A stretch of DNA of 63,919 nt, counting the filler, from Reticulomyxa filosa (lineage: Eukaryota; Protista; Foraminifera): the NCBI GenBank assembly GCA_000512085.1. It is 25 parts of 25 records of this genome, joined end to end, with 100 filler letters (N's around TTAATTAATTAA, not from the genome) between each part and the next. Parts side by side here need not be neighbours in the genome. Positions count along the whole stretch, not along the records: positions 12,125 to 13,874 come from ASPP01000831.1; positions 13,975 to 15,267 come from ASPP01044542.1; positions 15,368 to 16,825 come from ASPP01001738.1; positions 16,926 to 19,526 come from ASPP01003150.1; positions 19,627 to 21,645 come from ASPP01006842.1; positions 21,746 to 24,564 come from ASPP01029035.1; 19 more parts are not named here. One strand, given 5' to 3'. Within the stretch, counting starts at the first letter, position 1. Every line of letters starts with the position of its first letter. Both the position numbers and the translations under genes were made by a program. The notes below the pieces were generated by a model. It saw nothing but the letters and a program-made list of their open reading frames with translations. It was not told the DNA's origin and ran no database searches. Positions 12,221-24,564 of this stretch are shown here, in pieces.

Positions 12221-12863
12221 CTGATAAAAACCTTGCTGTTCCCAATATTGGTCCCAACCCTTTTCCACTGCACTAGGGTCATAAGTCATTGCCATCGTCT
12301 CTGCCAAAGACTTCTTCTTTGCTGTCTTTGGGTCGTGCAAGTGATACGATGGCAACTCTTTCGTCGTCTTTTCGACCTTCTTTTTCTTCTCTTTTTCTTT
12401 TGGCTTGTTGGCATTTGCCGCGGCTTGCTTCTCCAGCTTTTCGTCTTTTGCCTTCTTCTTCTCTTGCTTTTTCAACTTTTTCAACTGCTTTGCTGTCAGG
12501 TTGCTTGTGTCCACTTCCTCCGTCTTTGTCTCTTCTTCTTCTTCTTTCACTTCCGTCTCTTCTTTGCTCTTGTTTTTGTCTTTATCTTTTCCTTTTCCCT
12601 TTCCTTTGTCTTGCGACACATTGCTTTGTCCTTTTGGGTCTGGCAGCGATTTTAGTGTTTCCAATATGGAATCAATCAACCCCAATGCACGTTCCACTGA
12701 CTATCCCACAAAAAAAGTCTTTCTTGTACTTTTTTCTTTCCCCCCCAAATTTTTTTTATTTATGGCCAAAGAAATTTAAAAAAAAAATTCTCAGGAAAAA
12801 TCTGAAGAAGCGAAAGGAAAGGGGAGAGGGAAGGAAGAAAAAGAAATTTATGTCGTTAACCAT
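12221..12863 (-). CDS. VARS: Valyl-tRNA synthetase, N-terminal part (3'-partial)
   Basis: Lys/Glu-rich extension followed by KKKSLAETMAMTYDPSAVEKGWDQYWEQQGFY. Exon 12700-12221; putative ATG at 12863-12861 followed by a GT..AG intron at 12860-12701. Confidence 0.85.
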
Positions 12864-13258
12864 CGATTGTTACGTGCTTTTTTCTTATGGATATTCAAAC
12901 CCTGAGAATCTAAGAACGATACACTCTAGATGAGTGAAGTTTGCAAAATGTAGCAAGACCCCCTCCAAAACAGACACTTTTGTGTTTTTAGTTTTCAATC
13001 AAAAGTTGATCGACTTGGAAAAAAATTATTTATGAAAAATAGTATGACGATTAATTAAATCGGATCTGATAAATAAAAAACGTTACGTTTGAAAACTACA
13101 AAATTTGTGTATAATTTTTTTGAAAATAAGAAAAATATTAGATTTAAATGTTTATGGAGAAAATCAAGTATATTCATAGGATAACATCAAATATGATTTT
13201 TTCAAACATAACTTCGCTTATTCTTTCATTCTTCAATAAATGCTTAATGCAAAACTAA

Positions 13259-13874
13259 TTTTTTTTTTTTTTTTTTTTTTTTTTCACTTGCGCAGGGCAT
13301 TTTGTGATTAGTACTATTAAGCGATGTACCTAATCCAAAACTATCCTTCTGCAACCAAAGCAAGTTCAGCGTACCTGGTCCAGATAGGACATGGCACTAA
13401 GACAAAACGAAAGAACGTACAGATTGTCACAATCACAAATTTTGATAAATTTTAAAAATAGAAGAACAGATTCTCTTATGCAGTTGTTGCTTGCTGTTAC
13501 TTGTTTGAACTTTGTGGATCCTGGTTATAGTTCATTGACTACTAATGTTCCTACTTACTTCAACTGTTTTTGCCTGGGATTGATACCCATGTTAGCTCGA
13601 TCATTGATTATTATCATTCAATACAAATTAATTGTATTTTACTTATCTTGTTTTTGTTGTTTGCTTGGTTTGTACGTATTTTTACTCATAGCTTCCTTCC
13701 TGTTGCTATCACAAATTTTGTCAATTGTTGTATAATTTTGATTCTCATTTCAGATTTCCATCTTTTGCTGCCAATTACTAATTTTCTCATACTTAATTTT
13801 GCCACATCTAATTCTGGAAATATGTTTTTAATATTTAAATACCACATCTTACGTAAGTCATTGTAATGTGGACA
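13259..13874 (-). mobile_element. 3' end of a non-LTR retrotransposon (ORF2 C-terminus, 3' UTR, poly-A)
   Basis: Minus-strand frame 13874-13686 reads CPHYNDLRKMW...LTKFVIATGRKL*, resembling the tail after the LINE CCHC finger. About 400 nt of UTR follow, then A26 (T-run at 13259-13284). Confidence 0.65.
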
Positions 13875-13974
13875 NNNNNNNNNNNNNNNNNNNNNNNNNN
13901 NNNNNNNNNNNNNNNNNNTTAATTAATTAANNNNNNNNNNNNNNNNNNNNNNNNNNNNNNNNNNNNNNNNNNNN

Positions 13975-14790
13975 TACTACATGAAATACCTAAAAGGATG
14001 TTAGCATCTAAGTTAACACTTACCACCAAGAAAATGAACCCAATATCGCCAGAGGAAACCAGAGAAATAAGGGTGAAATCAGCAATACTAACATTGGTGG
14101 ATAAGACAATATTAGAAAGAATAACCCCCACGGTGGAACTAGCGCTAAGTGATGAACAAAGTGGATTCAGGAAAGGAAGATTAACGAAAAAACACCTGAT
14201 CATGCTAAGAATGATATTATATCATGCAAAGCATATATTCAAGAAAGCATTCGATTCGGTGTGGCATGAAGGGCTCATAGTTAAATTGGAAGAGATATGA
14301 ATAAGATGGAAAATCCTTGGACTAATAAACTGCCTACTAAGAGAGGATAGTGTGATACCAGATATAGATGGATACTATGGTGGGCCGATCCTGGTCAAGA
14401 AGGGAAATGGACAGTGATATTCAACGAGTGGACCGCTGTTTAATGTTTATGTGGATGACTTGATCAAAGAGGTAAATAATACATCAAAATATCATGACAT
14501 GTATGGAGAAGGACACCAAAATGCCTTATGTACACAGATAATTTGATCACGTGAGCAGATTCTGGTGAGGAAATCGACATGATATTTACCAAAATAGAAT
14601 AATACTGCAATAAATGGAAGCTTCAATTGAATTTGCAGAAAAGTACTATAACCAGGATTGAAAAAAGGAAGGACAATACAGGTAACATTAAAAATAGAAT
14701 GAAAGAGGTAACAGAATTTAAATACCTAGGAGTACTAATAGATGTGAAAACTGGAAGCTGGAACAAACAAGTAAACCAAATAATTAAGAA
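13975..14790 (+). mobile_element. Degenerate non-LTR (LINE) reverse transcriptase
   Basis: LSDEQSGFRKGR, KAFDSVWHEGLIVKL, SGPLFNVYVDDL, YCNKWKLQLN and FKYLGVLID, with several stops and frameshifts. Confidence 0.92.
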
Positions 14791-14804
14791 GCTCTATATC
14801 TATC

Positions 14805-15262
14805 ATACTTTCACGATTCATGTTCAAAAACTTGACAATATCTGTGCATCCTGTTCTTCCAGATCATCAACTTCGCCAAGCCTCTTCCAAGATGTACTTG
14901 TATCTTTCAGCAAATTCTCAATGTTTCAAACGAAATGAAAATCCTGCTTTACTGATTTTAAATACTCCCCGAATAAGTGAGTTGTTCAAAGCAACTTCAT
15001 GGCACAAAGTACAGTGGCTCTTTGTCTTCATTCGGCTTAATACATCGAACGTAATGATGTTGCTGCAAATTTTTCATCAAGGCACCCAATTGCAAACTCA
15101 GACATTCTTTGGGAACAAAACTCGAATCACGTGGCTCTTTCGATTTGTCCAATATCATCAATAAGCCTCTATCCAATTTATCTTTGTTCTTTTCGATAAA
15201 TCATCGAACACCATATACACGATATTGGCTGGCGTAAAGAGACAAAATGAAGGTCATTGTAT
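14805..15262 (-). pseudogene. Myosin motor-domain pseudogene fragment
   Basis: Minus strand reads FIEKNKDKLD...LQLGALMKNL...HYVRCIKPNEDK...EQLTYSG...AGFSFRLKH*EFAERYKYI. These are hallmark myosin-head motifs, with stops and frameshifts, and are missed by the ORF track. Confidence 0.85.
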
Positions 15263-16925
15263 CTTTTNNNNNNNNNNNNNNNNNNNNNNNNNNNNNNNNN
15301 NNNNNNNNNNNTTAATTAATTAANNNNNNNNNNNNNNNNNNNNNNNNNNNNNNNNNNNNNNNNNNNNACTGATTTATGTAATTGATGATCAAGAAGGTTA
15401 TTGTTTTAAAAAGAAAAAAATTTGATAATATCAAAATTTTCACATTTCAATACCATAGATTAAAAATAACAATTCCAACTATATTTAATTAAGGAATGTT
15501 GAAAACTGCAGAATCTTTTAAAGTTGCAGTCATAAAGCAACATTTACATAATTTTTTATAAGTATATACTTTCCAAAAACGTATCCAAAATTTTTTTTAG
15601 ACCTATCATAAAAATGCAAACTTTGTAAGAAAAAATTGATTGTGTATGCAATGCAAGAAGAAAAAAAAACATATCGGATTTCATTTGATGAAGAGTTGCT
15701 TGCACCCTCAATCCAAGAAAAAAAGTCACTTTATGGAGACTTTGAAAATCTTTCCACTTTCAAAAATTGAAATAACTTGATCGTTTTTGTATTTCCGGCT
15801 TTATCTGACTGAAATGTTTGTCCAGTATTTACTATCTTTGCAAATAAACAGCGGAAAATTTGAGAAAATATAACAATAAAAAAGATTAATTTTTATTTGA
15901 AAGAATTATTGTAATCACAAATGTTTTCATTTAATTTCTCTTCTCGTTCTGTTGATAACGTTGATTTAGTTAGCTAAAACAAAAAAATTCTCTGTTCCAC
16001 TCCCTCTCGTTTCACTTTCTTAGTTTTTTTGGAAAAAATTGCAAAAAGTGCTTTGTGTATTTTCAAACAATTTTTTTATTTCAGAACATTTATTGCATTA
16101 AAAAGAGAAAAAAAACCCATTTGAATTTGTAGGGCAAGTCCCTATTATACTCTCACTATTCCTACAAATTTATCGTGTTTAAAAAAAAAGTGAAAGAAAC
16201 TGCTATCAAATTCTATGTCAAAGTTTTTAAGAGAGATTAATTTTCTGGACGTGTTCACTTAATTCAATTTTAGTTCTTTGTTTCAAAAGAAAATACAAAA
16301 TAAACTACCACAATGATCAAAATTTTATCAATTAACTTTTATAATTCATTTTTAATAAACAATACACAATAACGAAAATCTTTCTATTTTGGTTTAGCGT
16401 ATCTAAATAGTTTAAAATCTGACTTATTAGATTATTATGAAGGAATCAATCAATTTTTTTGTTAATTGTAATAGGATATAAAATAAAAATCTTGACACAC
16501 AAAAACACCAAAAAATCATTAAACATTTACATTATAATTTCATTTACAAATAAAATATTTATATCTTTTTTATTGACATTGCTCCGTTTCATTGAGCACT
16601 AATTTGCATATTATTTGTACAAAAATGTTGACTACATGAGTTGCAGATAATTCAAAAATTATATTTCTTTGATCGATATTTCTAAAGAGTTACAATGTTT
16701 TATTTATTTGATCTTATCAATAAGAATCTCTTTTTTTTTGTTTCACTCCGATTTTATTGAATGTATAAGAAACGCTCAAATTTTTTTTGGAGTAGGAATT
16801 AGATAATAATTCTATTTTAGAAATGNNNNNNNNNNNNNNNNNNNNNNNNNNNNNNNNNNNNNNNNNNNNTTAATTAATTAANNNNNNNNNNNNNNNNNNN
16901 NNNNNNNNNNNNNNNNNNNNNNNNN

Positions 16926-17290
16926 AAAAATATATCTGAAGGAATATACCACACCAACATGTACTGTGGAGAGATAAGCACAATATTGGAGCGTTATAAT
17001 ATGTGTTATTACTGGGACTATGCAGCATTACCATCGACATACACGAATGGAAAAATTGATACTAAATACATATATCAATACTATTACCAAAAAGATTTAG
17101 AAGAAATCCAAATAAACACAAATATGACACTATGCAATGACATTATACAAACAATAAATCACAACGGAAACACATATCCACAAATTTATAAATATATGTT
17201 AGGCAAGTGAAGTACCACAAAGCAACTAACTTTTGTACAAGATTATCACAAATAACGATGGTTTATCAATTGGAAAACTAAAAAGAATAT
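16926..17290 (+). mobile_element. Possible degenerate LINE ORF2 post-RT region
   Basis: A-rich coding-like strand (ISTILERYNMCYYWDY...YYQKDLEEI); only a loose resemblance. Confidence 0.25.
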
Positions 17291-17665
17291 GTCACTTACT
17301 ATTAAATATATATAAAAAAAACAAACCAAATTCCCATCAAAAACGACACGAAAATTTTTTGCAATAAACATTTTTAAATTATTTTTTAACAATTCAATGA
17401 GCCGAAATAATCGTGACTTTAAATTGTGAACATCAAATTGCTGTCATAAATTCTATATGCAATGAATTGAATAATTTCCACCTCTTCATTTAATAATTTA
17501 CAATCGATCAAAATTGTTGAATTCTTTTTCCTCAGATGTTTGAAAAATTAAATGTTTAAAATGAATTACACTAACTGATACTAAAGTATTTAATGCACAA
17601 TAAACACATAAAAAAGTAAAAATTATTGTGGGAAGAACTGTTGCAAGACGCTATAATGGTTAAGC

Positions 17666-17827
17666 ACTCAATTTTAAAAAAAGCAAAAAAAGGGAAAAGC
17701 GAAAAAGAAAAAATTAAATCAGACGGCGCCTTCAGGAACTTCGTGGCGCCGCCAGAACTAATCTTTTCTTTTTGCTTTTGTCTTTTTTTGCTTTTTTTAA
17801 GTTTTTAAAATTGACATAAAATTGAGT
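17666..17827. repeat. Long imperfect inverted repeat (arms about 65 nt, 14-nt loop)
   Basis: ACTCAATTTTAAAAAAAGCAAAAAAAGGGAAAAGCG...CGGCGCC pairs with GGCGCCG...GCTTTTGTCTTTTTTTGCTTTTTTTAA...AAAATTGAGT. Confidence 0.8.
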
Positions 17828-19626
17828 TTTCTCGCAAATGGGAAGGAGTTATTGAGTCGCGATAGCGCGGACCTGGTGGTACTTTCCGAGTTCTACAAAA
17901 GAGTGTTTTTGGTGTATCTTTTGAAATCTCAACTGTATCGAGTAAAACTTTATTCTACGTGTGGTCGATTTTGCAAGAATGAGATAAAATAAATTTCAGT
18001 GTAAATGTATTTTATTATTTGTCGAATCCTTGAAATCAACTTTATATAATTAAATTTTTTCTTTAATGTTTGCAGAAAAAAAATTGGACATTCGATAATA
18101 TAATTTTTGAAAGAATTAAATTTTAATTATCGTAATTAGAAAAGAGCAAAATTGAAGATACATAAAGTTTAAGCAAAAATGAAAAACTTGTATTATATTT
18201 AAATGTTTGTAAATCATATTCAGTTTGCAATCATTTATAAATTGTTGGATATGTGAAATTGAATGTGTAGTAGTACTATGATAAAAAGTATTTGCTACAA
18301 TTAATGCACAATTTTATATAATCATACAAATTATGTAGAAAAATAATTCAATATTCTACAATTACACTAACAATATAACTATTTTTCTAATAGTATTAAA
18401 AGAAAACACTATTGCATATATATTATCTGAATCCTGAGTTTTTTCAGACAAAAAAAGTGTTTTCAATGATCTGTATGCAAGTTGTTATTACGACTTATGA
18501 TTTTTACAATTAATATTATCAAATTATTTATGCGATAAATACTTAGCCTAAAAAGTAGTCAAATGATATATATTTTAACATAGCAATAATCTGATATTAT
18601 GTATTAAATTAAATTTTGTTCATATAAACTGATTGAGCAAATAAAAGACATACATAAATGAAATATACACTATTAATCAAATAAAAAAAATCAACAGCCA
18701 TCTGCCCGAGACTAGTCTGTGTGTTTGTGAAACAAGTGTGTCTGCAGTCTTTCTTTTGAATATTTCTTCTTATTATCTTTTTATTGAATAAATAGTAGTT
18801 GACCATAACTTGGCTTTCGCTTAGCTGTTTGGTTTTGATACAGTTTGTTCTTGTTTGGACTTGAGTTAACTGCCACATTTGCAGCAATTTTGTCACTACA
18901 ATGCAGCAAGTGTACAATTTGCTTTAGTCACCGTATTAGCTATCAATAGACTTGATTTTGACCTTGTGCTATCTTGTCGTAAGACAGAGGTATTCGCTTT
19001 ATTCAATGCGCTTAAAGAAAAGCCTGCCTTTTCGCGCCTGTTGCATTACAACTCTTATATAACTGGATGATACTTCTTTGAACATTACAGTTCCATTTCA
19101 TATCACTCATAAATAACAGAAATTCGCTTTCAATTTTTGATTATTGATTCCATTTTTCCAAGTTCTTTGTGATACTATCAGTAGTACGAATATAATTAAC
19201 TGTTCACCACTTATGCAGCAAAAGTGAAAATATCTCCTTCAAATTGTTTATCAATCTTATGTTAACAATTATCACTATTTCAACCTTTGAACTTTGGAAT
19301 TTCCTAGTCATCTTGACTATTTTTTAAAAAAAAGCAAAAAATTTGTAAGTAAGTTTTTGTAAATTACTAGCGTTTAATAAACACAAAATGTCTTGAAACA
19401 CGTTCAATCATTTTTTTGTTTTCACTTGTCAATATCTACAAAAAAGGAATCATTTGAGTCCCTTTATTACTAAAGAACAGAAATTGAAACAATCAAAAAT
19501 GACTAACTTGTGTTGCAAATTTCATANNNNNNNNNNNNNNNNNNNNNNNNNNNNNNNNNNNNNNNNNNNNTTAATTAATTAANNNNNNNNNNNNNNNNNN
19601 NNNNNNNNNNNNNNNNNNNNNNNNNN

Positions 19627-19665
<39 letters not shown>

Positions 19666-19671
19666 TGGCTA

Positions 19672-20140
19672 GTGAAACAGGTCCACCTTTCCAAAAAAGT
19701 TCCAGAATCTGCTATTGTGTTTGATTCGCTTTCACAGTCCCCAAATTTGGATGAATTATTACGGCATTGCAAAAAAGTTGCAATTCATCTGTATTACCGA
19801 TATATTCGTGTCGGTAGCGAATTAGAGGTATGTATACGTAACACAAATATACGTGCCATGTACATGGTGTATACATAACCAACAAATGACGGTGATAACC
19901 AACTCTATTTTTTTGTGCATAAAGATCAATATATCATCGTTGTTGCGATCCGAACTTAACCAATTTTTTAAATATGGAAATACGGACTCATGGTACAACG
20001 ATCAACAAGTCACTTTGCAGGCACTTTATGATTGCTTCATTGAATGCAAAAATGAAGTGTACTTTTTGATGCAAAGCTGCTTGTTTCAGTTTCGATCTGA
20101 TCCCAAGTTTCAAACTTTGTATTTTCACGACGTAAAATAA
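19672..20140 (+). CDS. RGS-domain protein, 3' end (5'-partial)
   Basis: Exons ..19827 and 19925-20140 splice to LYYRYIRVGSELEINISSLLRSEL...FIECKNEVYFLMQSCLFQF, the C-terminal half of an RGS box. Confidence 0.8.
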
Positions 20141-21056
20141 TCCGTTTTCCGCTGGAGCGAGCAATAATATGCTTTCATATTTGCCAACAACAACAACAAA
20201 AAATTTGTCTCATTGGATGGAATTTTCCAACGGTAATGCTTCCAAATTTGTGCTTTGGTTGATAAACGATCTGTGGTTGACTAGCATCGCCTTTTGACAA
20301 AAAAGGAAAATTCCAATCGGAGAAATTTTGCACAATGGAAACAGTTGTTTGTACACATATAATTTTTTCGTTTACCTTTTTTCGTCGATTGAGTTTCTTT
20401 AATTTTTTGTGTTGTTTTTGTTTTTTTCAGCTCCGTAATTTTTTTCCTCTCACCCCGCACTATTTGAAGAATTTTATGACAATTCTAAGCCAAGAGTATC
20501 ATATATTTCTCACAGCTATGAATAGGTCTGCATTTCAATCACACTACACAAAAAATTATTACTTTGCCGATTTACAATATCTAAATTTAATATTAATTCA
20601 CCGTTTTTGAAAAATTAATTTTATAAGTTATTTCTACTTTTCAATAGATTTAATTTTAGCACGTGTCAGGCTACAAATATTTTGATTAATTTCCATATGA
20701 ATATAAAACAATGATATAATAAAAAACATATGTAGATGCTACACACAAAAAAAAATTCAAAAAAAATTGTGCTGCCTATATTTCTTTCTTTTAAGATACT
20801 ATGACGCATAGACAAAGTGCCATAAACTTGATGAAATCTTATTTTCCATCTAAATAAGTAAGATAAAAGTTAAAAGATTCCTTTCAGGTAACTGACGTTC
20901 CCTTGATCATCAACCAGTTCTGAAAGGTTTATATTCCTTTCATTTATTGATACAAAATGAAAGCTCCAACATATTTGTGTCTTGTTGTGTGCTATTGACA
21001 TGAATAGGAAATTATCGGAATAGTGTTGTTAAAAAAATCAAGACACAAAAGGATCA

Positions 21057-21489
21057 ATGGCAAACAATATGCAAACCACACTTAAAGAGTGGTCAACACC
21101 AAATTGGGGAAACGGGCCAACTATCGTATTATCAGAAGCCGATAAGAGGTAATAGTGTCAGTTTTTCTTGAAAACCTCGGACAACTAAAAAAAAAAAAAA
21201 AAAGGAGAAAAAAAAAGATGTTAAAAAAAAGTTAATTTTTTTGTTGATTGATCACGTTTCAGATTATGTGACGGATGTCGGCGTGGAAATGTGGAATACG
21301 TGTTGAGCGCATTAGAAGCAGGAGCAGATCCTAATTTGCAATTTCGTTTAGCCCTGGGCGAGGTGACACCGATATTCTTATGTGCGCAAAAAGGATACAG
21401 GGATGTGGCAGAGGTATTGTGTAAAAAAGGCGCAGATATTGAAAAAATGATGGACTTTGATTCAACATTGCCATTACACCATGCAGCTT
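21057..21489 (+). CDS. Ankyrin-repeat protein, 5' part
   Basis: Exons 21057-21148 and 21263-21489: GNVEYVLSALEAGADPN...TPIFLCAQKGYRDVAEVLCKKGADI...LPLHHAA. Confidence 0.85.
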
Positions 21490-21745
21490 GTAAGTTATTT
21501 TTTAACGAATCAATTTTCATCTCTCCCCTCTCCCTCCCCCCCCCTTTTCCAAAAACGTATACGTGTTTTTTTTTTTTTTGGTAGGTATGTTTTTCAATTG
21601 ATAATGACTGATGACATTTTTTTTTTTTTTTTTTTTTTATTTTTTNNNNNNNNNNNNNNNNNNNNNNNNNNNNNNNNNNNNNNNNNNNNTTAATTAATTA
21701 ANNNNNNNNNNNNNNNNNNNNNNNNNNNNNNNNNNNNNNNNNNNN

Positions 21746-24564
21746 AATTTTTCTCGTAATTCGAAACATTGTTTTTTCCATTCCATTAACCTTTGCTTCC
21801 AAAGTTTTTTGCAATCTTCAAATTCATTCATGTGCGAACGCACAGGTAATATTAATAGATTTTCAATATCAATTCTTCCTCCCTTTTTCCAGAATTCAAT
21901 TCGATATGAACTAATCTCCTTGCATTCTTCAAATTGTTGAATGATAAATTCGATCGTTATCAACTCTCGTTTTTCCACTCCAAGCAATACACGATCAATA
22001 TTTTCCCCAATTTCTTCATAACTCCAGCTAGCATCATTAATTTTCAAAATCAGTTGTTTTTCTTTCTTCCCTTTTAATACATCCTTACAGCTTGCAAATT
22101 GCCATTCTCCAGAGTTCATTGCATCATTCAATTGTTTCAAACTTTTTTCAGTTCGCAGTTTGTCTGCCTCGTTGACTAAAGTAGAAACAGTGTTCAAGTT
22201 CGTATCACAGCACCTGCTTATCATTTTGACAAATTCTTGGCCTTTGAGATGTAATTTCAGTATGGCTTTGGCCAAGCTGGCCATATCTTCCAATGGACAC
22301 TTCCACAATATCTCTTGCATTGTGGAATTCACATGTCGCAAGGAAGTCACCAAATATTGCATCTCATGATGTCTACTTTTGTTTAACACATTCAATGTGT
22401 TCTCAAAGTATGTATCGTCATTGAAGTTTTGATTTTCCACCAATATTTTTAATTGATCTTCACAACGAGTTAAGACATTAAAAAGACCAATGTCTACACA
22501 AGGTTTGGCACCTTCACCCACACATTCGATACAATCATCGTAACATTGGGATGTCTGCTCAATTGAAATATCTTCATCTATTCTTGTCACTTCCTCCATC
22601 CTTGCTAATGCTTTCACATATTTTTGCCATTTCTCATCTTCTTTTATTTCATCTTTGTGAGGATGATACTTTTTCATTTGTTCTGTCACTTTCTTCAACT
22701 CGATCCAAGACGGGAGCTGCTCTTTTAAATGAGTCTTTTTTTTCAATTTCTGCTCTACGTTATTTGCAATCTCTTGTCGCTGTTCATCTTCATATTCTGG
22801 AAATAAATGCTTCATTTCATCTATCAAAAACGTCTTAATTCCGTTCGGGTTATTTGAATAATCAGTGTACACCAATTCTAAATCTCGATACTTGAGTGAT
22901 CCACTTTGAAGATTCTATAGACATCCACAAGTTGAATTAAGTACACAATAGATTTCTCTCTTTAAATAATAAAATAAACAAAGGAATGTTGTGAACCTGC
23001 TTAAAATTTTCCAATGCATGATTTGTATCATTAAACACTTTGTTAAAAATAAAAAGAGGCTGTTTATCTCTGATTGTTGTACATTGTGTATTGCATTTTT
23101 TCCAAATTTCATTAAACATCAAACTTTGACTCCGTTCCAATATGGTTTTCATTTTTTGTTCATACAAATTCAATAATTGGATTTCATCTCTATAATTCTC
23201 TTTTACTCGTAAAAATACTTGAGTTTCCCAAGTATCACTCTGTTTAAATATTTTCAATTGATCTGGTAAATCATATTCCAACAAATAATCGCTGTGTATA
23301 CGTTTGAACATATTAATCAATTCGGAGAATTGTCGATACTCGTTCACGATTTCATCCAATCGTTGTGATAACCTTACATCAATTGAACAATGAGAAGAAA
23401 CATTTTCAATGTCTTTTCGATGTTGAATTAAATATTTGTAAACACGAATAGAAAGAAGTCTGCAATTTGTGACCAATTGTGTTAACACTCGATTGAAAAG
23501 AGCGGACAATCGTGCCTGCATTGGGTTTTCTTGTTCAAACCACAATCGACATTCAAAGCAATAGTCCAAACTTTTACTTGCTGACTCCATATTTTCTTCA
23601 TTCAGATCTTCTATTTTCGGAATATTGTTAATATGTTTTAAAATCAGTGGCCACAATTCCCAATTGACGTTTGAATATATTTCAATTTCGTTCGATTTCC
23701 ATTTCTTATTGTTCATCGATAGTTCGTTGTGACCTTTTTCCACTCTTTCCATTAGATATGGATGATACAACTTAGCATTTGCAAATGAATTGGAGGACAC
23801 CAATTCAATCACTTTGGAGTGAAATAGTATTTTTTCAGAAGCATCCTTTTCTTCTTCCTCGTTGTCCCGCAGCCATCCTTTGAATGAATCTTGGAGTGCT
23901 TTCGAGAAGACTTCATGATCACTTATCTTACTCGAATTTGCCAATAATTCAATCCAATAGACACGCTTTTCTTTATCTTTTAAGAGTAGTTGCAATATGT
24001 TGCTTGTTAAACTTTTCTTTTTATTCATTTTTTTATTTCGCTTCACCTTCCTTTATCGTATGTCGTGTATTTATTGTTGGATGTAAATATACATATAAAT
24101 GCATTGGACAAATAACGAAACTGTCCACATTGACCGCAACATCCGAGTCAATCCCTGATTTTCAATTTCTTTGTTCATGTTATCGAGTAATAATTGTACA
24201 ATGAGTTTAGTGTATTGATCATAGCATTGCAATAAAGTGATCAAATAATTTTCAATGGAAATATTAGGGGAGGATTTCATATTTCTGCGCAAGCGCAAGT
24301 CAAGGGTAATGACATCTTCCAAAAGCTTTTCGTCAATTTTCTGTGAATTATCGGTTTCAAGGTCAGTATTTTGCAACATTTGGCTAAAACATAAAAATTC
24401 TTCTTGTTGAGTGATCCACTCTGACAAGGCCAAGTAATTGAAACATGGAATTAACATAAATTTATCAAATGCAGAACAAGGTTCTTTTTCAGTGTTATCA
24501 TCCAATACAGTTCCATCGTCATTATCAAAAACAGAAAGATTGTGCATTAAGATCTGACAAATAA
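21746..24564 (-). CDS. Internal fragment of a very large helical protein, possibly RNF213-like
   Basis: Three long ORFs (158, 369 and 393 aa) separated by short intron-like gaps and open at both contig ends. Ends in W....W...C.ELREK. Confidence 0.7.

Noticed and set aside
12233-12933. Three overlapping + strand ORFs
   Set aside because: Antisense shadows of the Lys/Glu-rich ValRS exon.
13391-13866. Hydrophobic + strand ORFs as membrane proteins
   Set aside because: T-rich antisense of the LINE 3' end.
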